Positions 36,976 through 48,575 of a DNA stretch of 64,000 nucleotides are shown piece by piece. Location of the stretch: NCBI GenBank assembly GCA_030390025.1, contig CM059432.1, positions 140,432,001-140,496,000 of the forward strand, written 5' to 3'. Within the stretch, counting starts at the first letter, position 1, and every line of letters begins with the position of its first letter. The position numbers and the translations under genes were made by a program. Source of the DNA: Squalus acanthias (lineage: Eukaryota). Below the pieces are notes generated by a model. It made no database searches, was not told the DNA's origin, and saw nothing but the letters and a program-made list of their open reading frames with translations.

Positions 36976-38049
36976 TAGGAATTCCTGCGGGGGAGCAATT
37001 TTGGGACAGAATGGCATGATGCAGGAGATCCCACGATTCCTCTTGTCAATATTTATTCCCAACCAACATCACTAAAAACAGATGATCTGATAATTAACTG
37101 ATTGCTGTTTTGGGATCTTGCTGTGCGCAAATTGACTACCGCGTTTCCTACATCACAACAGTGACTACACTTCAAAGTTCTTTGTGGGTTGTAAAGCGCT
37201 TTGGGGCGTCCTGAGGTTGTGAAAGGTGCTGCCGAACTGCAAGCACTTTCCTTCTTTTCAAAGGGATGCTCACCAGGGAAGGGGGACTGAAGCTGCACTA
37301 TCCCCGGAATCTGTAGGAATCTCACCCCCGCACGCCCAGATTCATGGAGGGTGTCCCTGCATAACTCAATACAAACCTGAGACCTTTTTGCAAGGTCTTT
37401 TCTTTCTTTCTGGTCTGTAGGGCTCAGTACCTGGGTGGTGCCTTTCCCACTGAGCTATCTCAAAGCCCAAGGTCTACTAATTCCCTACATTGCACCAGTG
37501 ACTACACTTCAAAAGTACTTCATTGGCTGTAAAGCACTTTGGGACTGAGGTTGTGAAAGGCGCTCTATAAATGCAAGTTCTTTCTCTCTTAATTGAAATC
37601 AGTCAATTTGTGTATTTTTTTTACGGTAAGAAAAATGATTTGAATCAACATAATCACCGTTTATGAAGACCATACACCATCCTTTGATGGTCCAGTGAAT
37701 CTACCTGGTCAGTGGCTACCACTACTATTGCTGCATCATGTTAGTCATTATCGTAATCCCCACTGCCAGTCTCACCCTCTGGCAACTTGAAACAGAAATT
37801 CAGTCACACGCTGCCCATTATCTTCTGACCCGAATGGCAACAAAATCATGCCCAATGCGTGCCCAAGTATGTGTTGCACATATGAGGTTCCACAGCTGGC
37901 AGTATGAGTTTTTAACTGGCCTGCCCATATCAGGCCTGGAGTTAAAATCGGGCCCAATCTTTTTTTGTAATGCACTATTCTAAATATTGAACTCGTTGTG
38001 CAACATTGTGGTCATAACGCAAGTTAACAATGGTGTAATAATAAATCTT

Positions 38050-38398
38050 TTCCAAAGCACTTGCAGGTCAGGTGGGACAGAAGCAGATGCAATATAAAGC
38101 TCCTCTACATTAACCCTGACAATGTCACAAAACCCCAATTTCCACTCCACTGAGTTTTTTATTTCTGAAACTACATGTCCTTATTGTCCCATTAGTGCTA
38201 ATTGTGCCAATTATAGGCAGTTTTATGCTGTGAGTTGATATCCCCAGTACGTATTAGCCCAAAGTTTCCTAGATTCATTGTACATAGGACTGTTGGTAGC
38301 TGTCTGTGTGAGGAGATTTTTATGCATATGTTTGGATTTAACTCAGGATCCCAAAGGTTAAAGAATAATGTTCCAATATGTTGCACACCCAGTTCCCT
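38050..38398 (-). mobile_element. Ancient LF-SINE-like element, highly diverged
   Basis: Minus strand has, in order, GGGAACTGG, CTTTAACCTTTGGGATCCTGAGTTAAATCC (B-box-like), CCTATGTACAATGA and CATAAAAC..AATTGGCACAATTAGCACTAAT. These are collinear with my recollection of LF-SINE consensus blocks. Confidence 0.5.
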
Positions 38399-38644
38399 AA
38401 CACAATCTACAATTCTACTGACTGTGAAAACCAGTAATGATATGACGGCAGTGGAAAAAGAATCAGTAAATGAGAACATCTTGTCTAATTTTAAACAGAC
38501 AGACGTATAAACGCAACTGACTTACTCAAAATGCTGCAGTTCAGGGAACAGTTAGAAGATTATGATGTAATGAAGGGCTGAGGATTTACTATGTCCCAGA
38601 GTTTTGAAAACTTCATCTGTCTTTGAGGGTTTTATTGGCATGCA

Positions 38645-39425
38645 CAAGCACACATGCACACACAGACGGACACACATGCGGACACACACACACACACACG
38701 CACACACACAAACACCGCGTACACACACGGACACACAGAAACGCGCAGACACACACACACATGCAGAAACACGCGTATACACACACACACAGACACACAC
38801 ACACACAGAAACACAGACACAGACACACGCACACACACAAACACCGCGCACACACACGGACACACAGAAACGCGCAGACACACACACACACACAGACACA
38901 CACACAGAGAAACACAGACACATGCACACATGCAGAAACACACGTATACACACACACACACAGACACACACACAGAGAAACACAGACACAGACACAGACA
39001 CGCACACACACACACACGCACACACACATAAACGCACACACAGAACCATGCATACACACACACATGCACACATACACATACATACACGCATACACACACA
39101 CGCATACACACACACACACACGCACACACAGACACACGCACACACACAAACACCGCGCGTACACACACGGACACACAGAAATGCGCAGGCACACACACAC
39201 ATGCAGAAACACGCGTATACACACACACACACACAGACACACACAGAGACAAACACAGACACAGACACATGCACACACACACACACGCACACATACATAA
39301 ACGCACACACAGAACCATGCATACACACACACATGCGCACATACACATGCATACACACTAACACACACATATATATATAGAAATACACACGCACATATAT
39401 AAACACACATACATACACACAGAGC
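38645..39425. repeat. Complex (CA)n-based microsatellite with higher-order repeat units
   Basis: About 780 bp of interrupted CA dinucleotides with recurring cassettes (CAAACACCGCG..CACGGACACACAGAAA; CATAAACGCACACACAGAACCATGC). Confidence 0.95.
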
Positions 39426-39427
39426 AC

Positions 39428-39568
39428 AGGGAATCAATGGATATGGGGATCGGGCGGTAAAGTGGAGTTGAGGTCGATGATCAGCCATGATCTCATTGAA
39501 TGGTGGAGCAGGCTCGAAGGGCTGAGTGGCCTACTCCTGCTCCTATTTCTTATGTTCTTATGTTCTTA
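39428..39568 (+). mobile_element. CR1 3' UTR/tail fragment
   Basis: GATCAGCCATGATCTCATTGAATGGTGGAGCAGGCTCG..(TTCTTATG)n. Confidence 0.8.
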
Positions 39569-39816
39569 TAATGACTTACTGAAAAGTCTCATTGTTTTGT
39601 GGTTGCAAGATTTCGTTGAGAAGCTAATTTGGACAGTTTGATCCTAATTCTTTGTGGGTGCTGACCACAACACTAAACTGCCCACAATTAGCAATTTCAC
39701 TCAGGTTCTCTCCACTTATGCCTCCTGCAGGTTACCGAACTGAAAATCCCTGGCCTTTCTGGCACACTCGTACCGTATCTCTGGCGAGAGTGCAGTGAGA
39801 GGACCAGACAATATCT

Positions 39817-40119
39817 GGACAGCACGGTGGCATAGTGGTTAGCACTGTTGCCTCACAGCGCCAGGGACCCGGGTTCGAATCTGGCCTCGGATGACTGTCT
39901 GTGTGGAGTTTGCACATTCTCCCCGTGTCTGCGTGGGTTTCCTCCGGGTGCTCCGGTTTCCTCCCACAGTCCAAAGATGTGCAGGTTAGGTTGATTTGGC
40001 TATGATAAATTGACCCTTAGTGTTAGGGGGGATTAAATACGCGGGGATAGGGTGGGATATGTGTCGGTGCAGGCTCGATGGGCCGAAATGGCCTCTATCT
40101 GCACTGTGGGGATTCTGTG
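39817..40119 (+). mobile_element. HE1/V-SINE-like SINE, short-tail form
   Basis: Same head and body as 9342. Ends GGGCCGAAATGGCCTCTATCTGCACTGTGGGGATTCTGTG. Confidence 0.85.
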
Positions 40120-40180
40120 GACCTAGATTGTATGCTCCCAGCCTGATATCAGTGATTCTGTGGGACCTTGTAACGAATGT

Positions 40181-40445
40181 AGACCGAGGCCCCGTTTGCC
40201 CTCTCAGGTGGATGTAAAAGATCCCACGGCACTGTTCGAAGAAGAGCAGGGGTGTTCTCCTCAGTGTCCACGGCATACACACACACACACAAACGCACAC
40301 AAACACACAGCCACGCAATATTTATCCCTCAATCAACATCAATAAAAGCAGATGATTTGGTCATTATCACATTGCTGTTTATGGGACCTTGCTGTGGGCA
40401 AGTTGGCTGTTGCGTTTCCTACATTACGACAGTGACTACGCTTCA
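40181..40445 (+). mobile_element. DeuSINE-like SINE fragment with a (CA)n insert
   Basis: Matches 5508-5730, with a CA-rich insert at ~40275-40315. Confidence 0.75.
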
Positions 40446-40810
40446 CAGTGGTGAACACAGTGGTCACACCTAATGACTCACTACCTCAAGAGTTCCGGGC
40501 GTGGAATTTGGTCACGGCCTGTTTTCAGGCCCATGACCAGCTGCACGCCACAACTGGGAGGCACAAGGCCGGCCCAATATTGGCCCTCAGGCCTCATTAA
40601 CATTATTTGTGTCACGCCTCCACAAGCATTTCACTGAGATGAATATCGGGCCACCTTCCCTCACCAGAAACAGCCCTAAGGTAAGTCTTGGGCGGTTGGG
40701 AGAGGGTGGCTTAGAGCGACAATGGGTGGGGGGGGGGGGGTGAGGCGCTCGTAAGGACTGTGGAGCCCTGACATCGCAAATCCAGGCATCTACGCAATTA
40801 ATTTCTGGCC

Positions 40811-43800
40811 TTTTTTCTTGTTTTATGGGATGTGGGCGTCGCTGGCAAGGCCAGCATTTATTGTCCATCTCTAATTGCCCTTGAGAAGGTGGTGGTGAGC
40901 CGTCTTCTTGAACCGCTGCAGTCCGTGTAGTGAAGGTACTCCCAAAGTGCTGTTAGGGAGGGAGTTCCAGGATTTTGACCCAGCGACGATGAAGGAACGG
41001 CCGATATACTTCTAAGTCAGGATGGTGTGTGACTTGGAGGGGAACTTGGAGGTGGTGGTGTTCCCATGTGCCTACTGCCCTTGTCCTTCTAGGTGGAAGA
41101 GGTCGCGGATTTGGGAGGTGCTGCCGAAGAAGCCTTGGTGAGTTGCTGCAGTGCATCTTGTAGATGGTACACACTGCAGCCACGGTACACCGGTGGTGGA
41201 GGGAGTGAATGTTTAAGGTGGTAGATGGGGTGCCAATCAAGCGGGCTGCTTTGTCCTGGATGGTGTCAAGCTTCTTGAGTGTTTTTGGAGCTGCACTCAT
41301 CCAGGCAAGTGGAGAGTATTCCATCACACTCCTTACTTGTGCCTGGTAGATGGTGGAAAGGCTTTGGGGAGTCAGGAGGTGAGACACTCGCCGCAGAATA
41401 CCTAGCCTCTGACCTGCTCTTGTTGCCACACTATTTATGTGGCTGGTCCAGTTAAGTTTCTGGTCAATGGTGACACCCAGGATGTTGATGGTGGGGGATT
41501 CGGCGATAGTAATGTCATTGAATGTCAAAGGGCGGTGGTTAGACTCTCGCTTGTTGGAGATGGTCATTGCCTGGCACTTCTGTGGCGCGAATGTTACCTG
41601 CCACTTATCAGCCCAAGCCTGAACGTCGTCCAGGTCTTGTTGCATGCGGGCATGGACTGCTTCATTATCTGAGGAGTTGTGAATGGCGCTGAACACTGTG
41701 CAGTCATCAGCAAACATCCCCATTTCTGACCTTATGTTGGAGGGAAGGTCATTGATGAAGCAGCTGAAGATGGTTGGGCCTAGGACACTGCCCTGAGGAA
41801 CTCCTGCAGCGATGTCCTGGGGCTGTGATGATTGACCTTCAATCACCACAACCATCTTCCTTTGTGCTAGGTATGACTCCAACCAATGGAGAGTTTTCCC
41901 CCAATTCCCAGTGACTTCAATTTTACTAGGGCTCCTTGATGCCACACTCGGTCAAATGCTGCCTTGATGTCTAGGGCAGTCACTCTCACCTCACCTCTGG
42001 AATTCAGCTCCTTTGTCCATGTTTGGACCAAGGCTGTAATGAGGTCGGGAACCGAGTGGTCTTGGCGGAACCCAAACTGGGCATCAGTGAGCAGGGTATT
42101 GGTGAGTTACTGCCGCTTGATAGCAGTGTCGATGACACCTTCCATCACTTTGCTGATGATTGAGAGTAGACTGATGGGGCAGTAATTGGCCGGATTGGAT
42201 TTGTCCTGCATTTTGTGGGCAGGACATACCTGGGCAGTTTTCCACATTGTCGGATAGATGCCAGTGTTGTAGCTGTACTGGAATAGCCTGGCTAGTTCTG
42301 GAGCACAAGTCTTCAGCACAATAGCCGGGATGTTGTTGGGGCCCTTAGCCTTTGCTGTATCCAGTGCACTGAGCCATTTCTTGATATCACATGGAGTGAA
42401 TCGAATTGGCTGAAGACTGGCTTCTGTGATGGTGGAGACCTCAGGAGGAGGCCGATATGGATCATCCACTCAGCACTTCTGGCTGAAGATGGTTGCAAAC
42501 ACTTCAGCCTTGTCTTTTGCACTCACGTGCTGGGCTCCACCATCATTGAGGATGGGGATATTCATGGAGCCTCCACCTCCCGTTAGTTGTTTAATGGTCC
42601 ACCACCATTCACGACTGGATGTGGCAGGATTGCAGAGCTTTGATCTGATCCGTTGATTGTGGGATCGCTTAGCTCTGTCTATAGCATGCTGCTTCTGCTT
42701 TTTAGCATGCATGTAGTCCTGTGTTGCAGCTTCCCCAGGTTGGCACCTCATTTTTAGGTATGCCTGGTGCTGCTCCTGGCGTGCTCTTCTACACTCCTTA
42801 TTGAACCAGGGTTGGTCCCCTGGCTTGATGATAATGGTAGAGTGAGGGATATGCCGGGCCATGAGGTTACAGATTGTGGTGGAATACAATTCTGCTGCTT
42901 GCCCCATAGCGCCTCAGTTTTGAGCTGCTAGATCTATCCCATTTAGCACGGTGATGCCACACAAAACGATGGAGGGTGTCCTCAGTGTGAAGACGGGACT
43001 TAGTCCACAATGACTGTACGGTGATCACTGCTACCAATATTGTCATGGATAGATGCAGCTGCGACAGGTAGATTGGTGAGAGGGCAAGGTGAAGTAGGGT
43101 TTTTCCCTCGAGTTGGCTCTGTCACTACCTGTCACAGCCCCAGACTAGCAGCTATGTCCTGCAGGACTCGGCCAGTAGTGGTGCTACCGAGCCACTCTTG
43201 GTGATGGACATTGAAGTCCCCCACCCAGAGTATATTGCTACTCTCAGTGCTTCTTCCAAGTGGTGTTCAACATGGCAGAGTACTGATTCATTAGCTGAGG
43301 ACAGTAGGTGGTAATCAGCAGGAGGTTTCCTTGCCCATGCACCGTGAGACTTCATGGGGTCCAGAGTCAATGTTGAGGACTCCCAGGGCCACTCCTTCAC
43401 AACTGTATCACCACCACTGGTGGACAGGACACATCCAAGGATTGTGATGGGACATTGGCTGAAAGGTATGATTCTGTGAGTATGACTATGTCAGGCTGTT
43501 GCTTGACTAGTCTGTGGGACAGCTCTCCCAATTTTGGCACAAGTCCCCAGATGTTGGTGAGGAGGACTTTGCAGGGTTGACTGGGCTGGGTGTGCCATTG
43601 CCATGTCCGTACCAAGGTTTCTTTTTTATCATTTTGTTTCATAGCAGTTTGTTACAACTGAGTGGCTTACTGGGCCATTTCAGAGGGCAGTTAGTAGTCA
43701 ACCACATATAGGCCAGACCAGGTAAGGACGGCAGATTTCCTTCCCTAAAGGACATTATTGAACCAGATGGGTTTTTAACAACAATCTGATAATTTCATGG

Positions 43801-44042
43801 TCACCATTACTGATACTAGTATTTTATTCCAGATTTACTTAATTAACTGAATTTAAATTCTCCAGCTGCCATGGTGGGATTTGAACTCGAAGGGTTTCGA
43901 CCTGAAACGTTAACTCTCTTTCTCTCTCCACGGATGTTGCCTGGCCTGCTGAGTTTTTCCAGCGTTTTCTGTTGTTATCTCTGGATCATTAGTTCAGTGC
44001 CTACTAGATTACTAGCCCAGTGACATTTACATTACGCCACGC
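40811..44042 (-). mobile_element. Apparently full-length, decayed CR1-group LINE: tRNA-like 5' head + UTR + single EN-RT ORF + 3' hairpin/A-tail
   Basis: APE endonuclease start KVLLTNIWGL..QPDIVILTESYL (~43575). Linker PWFNKEC. RT motifs NYCPISLLSIISKVME, GVPQGSVLGP and FADDCT (ORF 40953-41945). A box TGGCGTAATG (~44039) and B box GTTCAAATC (~43886) on the minus strand. Confidence 0.85.
43888..43976 (+). mobile_element. ~90 bp Penelope-like element terminal fragment (hammerhead 3' half only)
   Basis: Near-identical to the reverse complement of ~61887-61976. Starts inside the hammerhead (CGAAGGGTTTCGACCTGAAACGTTAAC) and lacks the CUGA. Confidence 0.8.
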
Positions 44043-44094
44043 TACACAAGGCACCTGCCCAAGAGCGACCTCTAGTGGTACGGGTGCTTGTCTG

Positions 44095-46940
44095 GCCCAC
44101 TGTGGTCGCACCCCTCGCCTCTGAGTCATGAAGGTTGTGGGTTCAAGTCCCACTTCAGAGACTTGAGCACAAAATCCAGGCTGACACTCCCAATGCAGTA
44201 CTGAGGGAGCGCTGCACTGTCGGAGGTGCCGTCTTTCAGATGAGATGTTAAACCGAGGCCCTGTCTGTCCTCTCAGGTGGATGTAAAAGATCCCATGGCA
44301 CTATTCCAAGAAGAGCAGGGGAGTTCTCCCCGGTGTCCTGGGGCCAATGTTTATCCCTCAGTCAACATCACCAATAAACAGATTATCTGGTCATTATCAC
44401 ATTGCTGTCTGTGGGAGCTTGCTGTGGGAGCCTGCAACCTGACGACTCCCAGTGATGCAGAGACACAGAGTGTCCACAGCGCCTGGTCTGCACTCAAGGC
44501 CTCCATAAGCAGCACCTGTGAAGAGACGCTTGGTCACTCGACCAGGAAACACCAAGACTGGTTCGACGAGAACGACCAGGAGATCCAGGAGCTAATAAGA
44601 CGCAAGCGCAAGGCATTCCTGATCTGGAAACAGCAACAGAACTCAAGAGCAAGAAAGCAGCTCTACAGATGCCTGAAGGCCGAGGTCCAACAAAAAACTC
44701 GCGACCTAAAGAACAGATGGTTGGTGGAGAAAGCGTAGGAGATCCAGCAGCTAGCCGACAACCACGACGTGCGTGGATTCTTTAGCGCAGTCAAGACCGC
44801 CTACGGCCCAAGCACCCAAGGTCCTACCCCACTGCGGGCCAAGAACGGAGAGGTACTCATCAAGGACAGAGAGGCATTCAGTGCCCGCTGGAAGGAGCAC
44901 TTCGAAGATCTCCTTAACCACGACTCTGTCTTCGACGCGAGTGTCCTTAACTCCATCCTGCAGCATGCTACCCGCCACCATCTCAGCACAACCCCAGCCC
45001 GGCATGAGGTTGAAAAGGCCATCCGACAACTGAAGAACAACAAGGCCTCAGGAACAGAATGAATCCCTGCCGAGGCATGAAAGCATGGCGGAGAAGCGCT
45101 ACTGGCGCGAATTCATGAACTCATTTCTCTTATATGAAAGGAGGAGAGCATGCCAGGGGATCTCAGAGACGCCATAATTGTGACCATCTTCAAGAAAGGT
45201 GACAAGTCCGATTGCGGTAATTACAGAGGAGTTTCCATGCTGTCTGCCACAGGGAAAGTCATCGCAAGAATCCTCCTTAATCGCCTTCTCCCAGTGGCCA
45301 AAGAGCTCCTCCCAGAGTCGCAATGCGGATTCCGCCCACTAAGGGGCACAATGGACATGATCTTCACCGCACGTCAATTACAAGAGAAATGCAGGGAACA
45401 GCACCAACCGCTTTACATGGCCTTCTTTGATCTCACAAAGGCCTTCGACACTGTCAACCGTGAGGGATTATGGAGTGTCCTCCGCAAATTCGGCTGCCCT
45501 CAAAAGTTTGTCACCATCCTCCACCAGCTTCACAATGACATGCAAGCCGTGATCCTGACCAACGGTTCCACCACAGACCCAATTCACGTACGAACCGGGG
45601 TCAAGCAAGGCTGTGTTATCGCACCAACGTTCTTCTCGATCTTCCTTGCTGCAATGCTCCATCTCACCCTCAGTAAGCTCCCCGCTGGAGTGGAGCTAAT
45701 TTACAGAACAAACGGGAAACTGTTCAACCTCCGTCGCCTCCAGTCCAGATCCAAGGTCGTCACATCCTCTGTCATCGAATTACAGTATGCAGACGACGCT
45801 TGCGTCTGCGCACACTCGAAGGTCGAAATCCAAACCATCGTCAACACCTTCACCGAAGCGTACGAGAGCATGGGCCTCACATTAAACATCCGTAAGACAA
45901 AGGTCCTCTACCAACCTGCCCCCGCCACAGTACTGCCACCCGATTATCAAAATCCATGACAAGGCCTTGGACAATGTGGACCACTTTCCATACCTCGGGA
46001 GCCTACTGTCAACAAGGGCAGATGTCGACATCGAAGTCCAACACCGCCTTCAGTGTGCCAGTGCAGTCTTCGGTCGCCTGAGGAAGAGAGTGTTTGAAGA
46101 CCAGGACCTCAAACCCGGCACTAAGCTCATGGTCTACAGAGCAGCAGTGATACCCGCCCTGCTGTATGCCTCAGAGACATGGACCATGTACAGCAGGCAC
46201 CTCAAAGCACTGGAGCGGTACTACCAACGCTGCCTCCGCAAGATCCTGCAAATCCATTGGCAGGATAGGCGCACCAACGTCAGTGTTCTTGCTCAGGCCA
46301 ACATCCCCAGCATCGAAGCTTTGACCACGCTCGATCAGCTCCGATGGACGGGTCACATTGTCCGCATGCCCGATACGAGCCTCCCAAAACAAGCGCTCTA
46401 CTCGGAGCTCCGACACGGCAAGAGAGCCCCAGGTGGGCAGAGGAAACGCTTCAAGGACACCCTCAAAGCCTCCTTGAAAAAGTGCAACATCCCCACCGAC
46501 ACCTGGGAATCCCTGGCCCAAGACCGCACAAAGTGGAGGAGAAGCATCCGGGTAGGCGCCGAACACCTCGAGTCTCTTCGGCGGGCGCAAGCGGAAGCCA
46601 AGCGCAAACAGCGGAAGTAGCGCACGTCAACCCAAGTACCCCACCCACCCGCCCCTTCAACCACCGTCTGCCCCACCTGTGACAGAGACTGTAGGTCCCG
46701 CATCGGACTCATCAGTCACCTGAGAACTCATTTTTAATGTGGATGCAAGTCATCCTCGAGGGACTGCCTAAGAAGAGAAGAAGCTATCCGTGGTAGCTTG
46801 CTGTGAGCAGATTGGCTGCCGCGTTTCCTACATTACAACAGTGACGACACTTCAACAGAACTTCATTGACTGTAAAATGTTTTGGAATATCCTGAGGACG
46901 TGAAAGGTGCCGTAGAAATGCAAGTCTTTCTTTCTTTTCT
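44095..46940 (+). mobile_element. DeuSINE-like SINE split by an RTE insertion (SINE parts 44095-44426 and 46783-46940)
   Basis: The SINE sequence resumes after the RTE tail, with a duplicated GCT..GTGG.AGCTTGCTGTG. Confidence 0.8.
44427..46782 (+). mobile_element. RTE-clade LINE, 5'-truncated, ~2.35 kb (RT domain with stops/frameshifts)
   Basis: KHQDWFDEND, CGNYRGVSMLS, LPESQCGFR, FFDLTKAFDTV, GVKQGCVIAP, LQYADD and a C-terminal CPTC..H..H zinc finger. Degenerate 23 bp TSD at 44404-44426 / 46783-46805. Confidence 0.95.
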
Positions 46941-47874
46941 TTACGGGAATGAGATTTGTTCCTTCCAGTGATTCTCCACACAGTCTGTGCTTTCGCATAA
47001 TGACACTTCCCAGCTCAGTCCACCATGTATGTGAAAGATTCATTCCTCATCTCTGTGTCAGTGGCGAAGGCTTAAGTTTCTTGAGATACGAAGAATATAG
47101 AAGTCAGTTTGTCTATCCAGTGCAGACAGTGGTGAACATGGAGGTCACACCTAATCAATTAACAACTGCTGTCTGTGTATTGAGTCTGGAGATTAAAATG
47201 CGAAGGTGAACAAGTAAAAATGTAAATATTTGCACGATAAATTTGGAAGAATTCTCAGAGAATGAGGTGTTAAACACCAAGCTTTTATATAATGGTTCAT
47301 GGAAATGAGGACCCTTGTACTGTGTTCAGTAAAGTGACTGGGCTGGAAATTGAAAGACAAAGGGAAAAGATTTCAAACCAAATGGCTTAATGAGGTTAGA
47401 CAATGGGCTCCAGTAATGGCCAGTGTCAAGTTGTTTACAAAGCAGAGATCGGTCCGAAGAAGTGGTTGTCTGTCTGGAGGGAGGAGGGTGAGCCTACCAT
47501 CCTGCGACTTCCAAATCCCCTCCCCTGCCAGAGTCTTGAAAGGTCAAGCCACTTTTATTTATACTGCCGCTGATTTAGTTTTGACTCTGGGAGCTCTGTG
47601 TGCCTGAGCCAGCTCTCTGAGTTTACGCTACTAAACCTGGCTGTTTTATCCTGGTGACAACAACGACAGCTTGCGTTTATGTAGCGCCTTTAATGTGCCA
47701 CCCCATTTTGGGTGAAAATATCCCTTTGTCTTTAAGCACCAGCACAGTCATTTGATTGAGCTGAACAGAAGTGTCCTCAGCTCCATGACCATTATATAAA
47801 GCATGGTATTTACCAACTGAATCTCGGAGATTTCTTAGGAAATCAGGATTCAACTATTTACTTTTTCAGTTGCT

Positions 47875-48165
47875 CATAGACTCGTAGAAGTTTACGGCAC
47901 AGAAGGAGGCCATTTGGCCCATCGTGTCCGTGCCGGCTGAAAAAGAGCTATCCAGCCTAATCCCACTCTCCAGCTCTTGGTCCATAGCCCTGTAGGTTAC
48001 GGCACTTCAAGTGCATATCCAAGTACTTTTTAAATGCAATGAGCGTTTCTTCCTCTACCACCCTTTCAGGCAGTGAGTTCCAGACCCCCAACACCCTCTG
48101 GGTGAAAACATTTCTCCTCAACTCCCCTTTAACCCTTCTCCCAATTACTTTAAATCTATGTCCTT
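47875..48165 (-). mobile_element. CR1 3' end
   Basis: Reverse complement of 10605-10885. Confidence 0.85.
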
Positions 48166-48209
48166 TACATTTAAAACGCAGTTTCTGGCTCATTACACAG
48201 ACACTAGTG

Positions 48210-48575
48210 TTTTTTTTTATTCATTCACGGAATGTGGGCGTCGCTAGCAAGGCCAGCATTTATTGCCCATTCCTAGTCACCCCTTGAGAAGGTGGTGGTG
48301 GGCCTTCTTCTTGAACTGCTGCAGTCCGTGTGGTGAAGGTGCTCCCACAGCGCTGTTAGGTAGGGAATTCCCGGATTTTGAACCAGCGACGATGGGGAAA
48401 CAGCGATACATTTCCAAGTCGGGATGGTGTGTGACTTGAAGAGAACTTGGAGGTGGTGGTGTTCCCATGCGCCTGCTGCCCTTGTCCTTCTAGGTGGTAG
48501 AGGTCGCGGGTTTGGGAGGTGCTGTCGTAGAAGCCTTGGCAAGTTCCTGCAGTGCATCTTGTAGATGGTACACAC
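48210..48575 (-). mobile_element. 3' fragment of the tRNA-headed CR1-group LINE family
   Basis: Matches 40811-41175. Confidence 0.85.

Noticed and set aside
38499..38581. Possible terminal exon RRINATDLLKMLQFREQLEDYDVMKG* (similar candidates at ~33314-33420 + and ~1620-1725 -)
   Set aside because: Short and not recognisable as any protein; expected by chance. It would need RNA-seq or BLAST support.
38552..39488. Long ORFs (225-291 aa) rich in Cys/Val or His/Thr
   Set aside because: Translations of a CA/TG microsatellite that lacks stop codons; no evidence of a gene.
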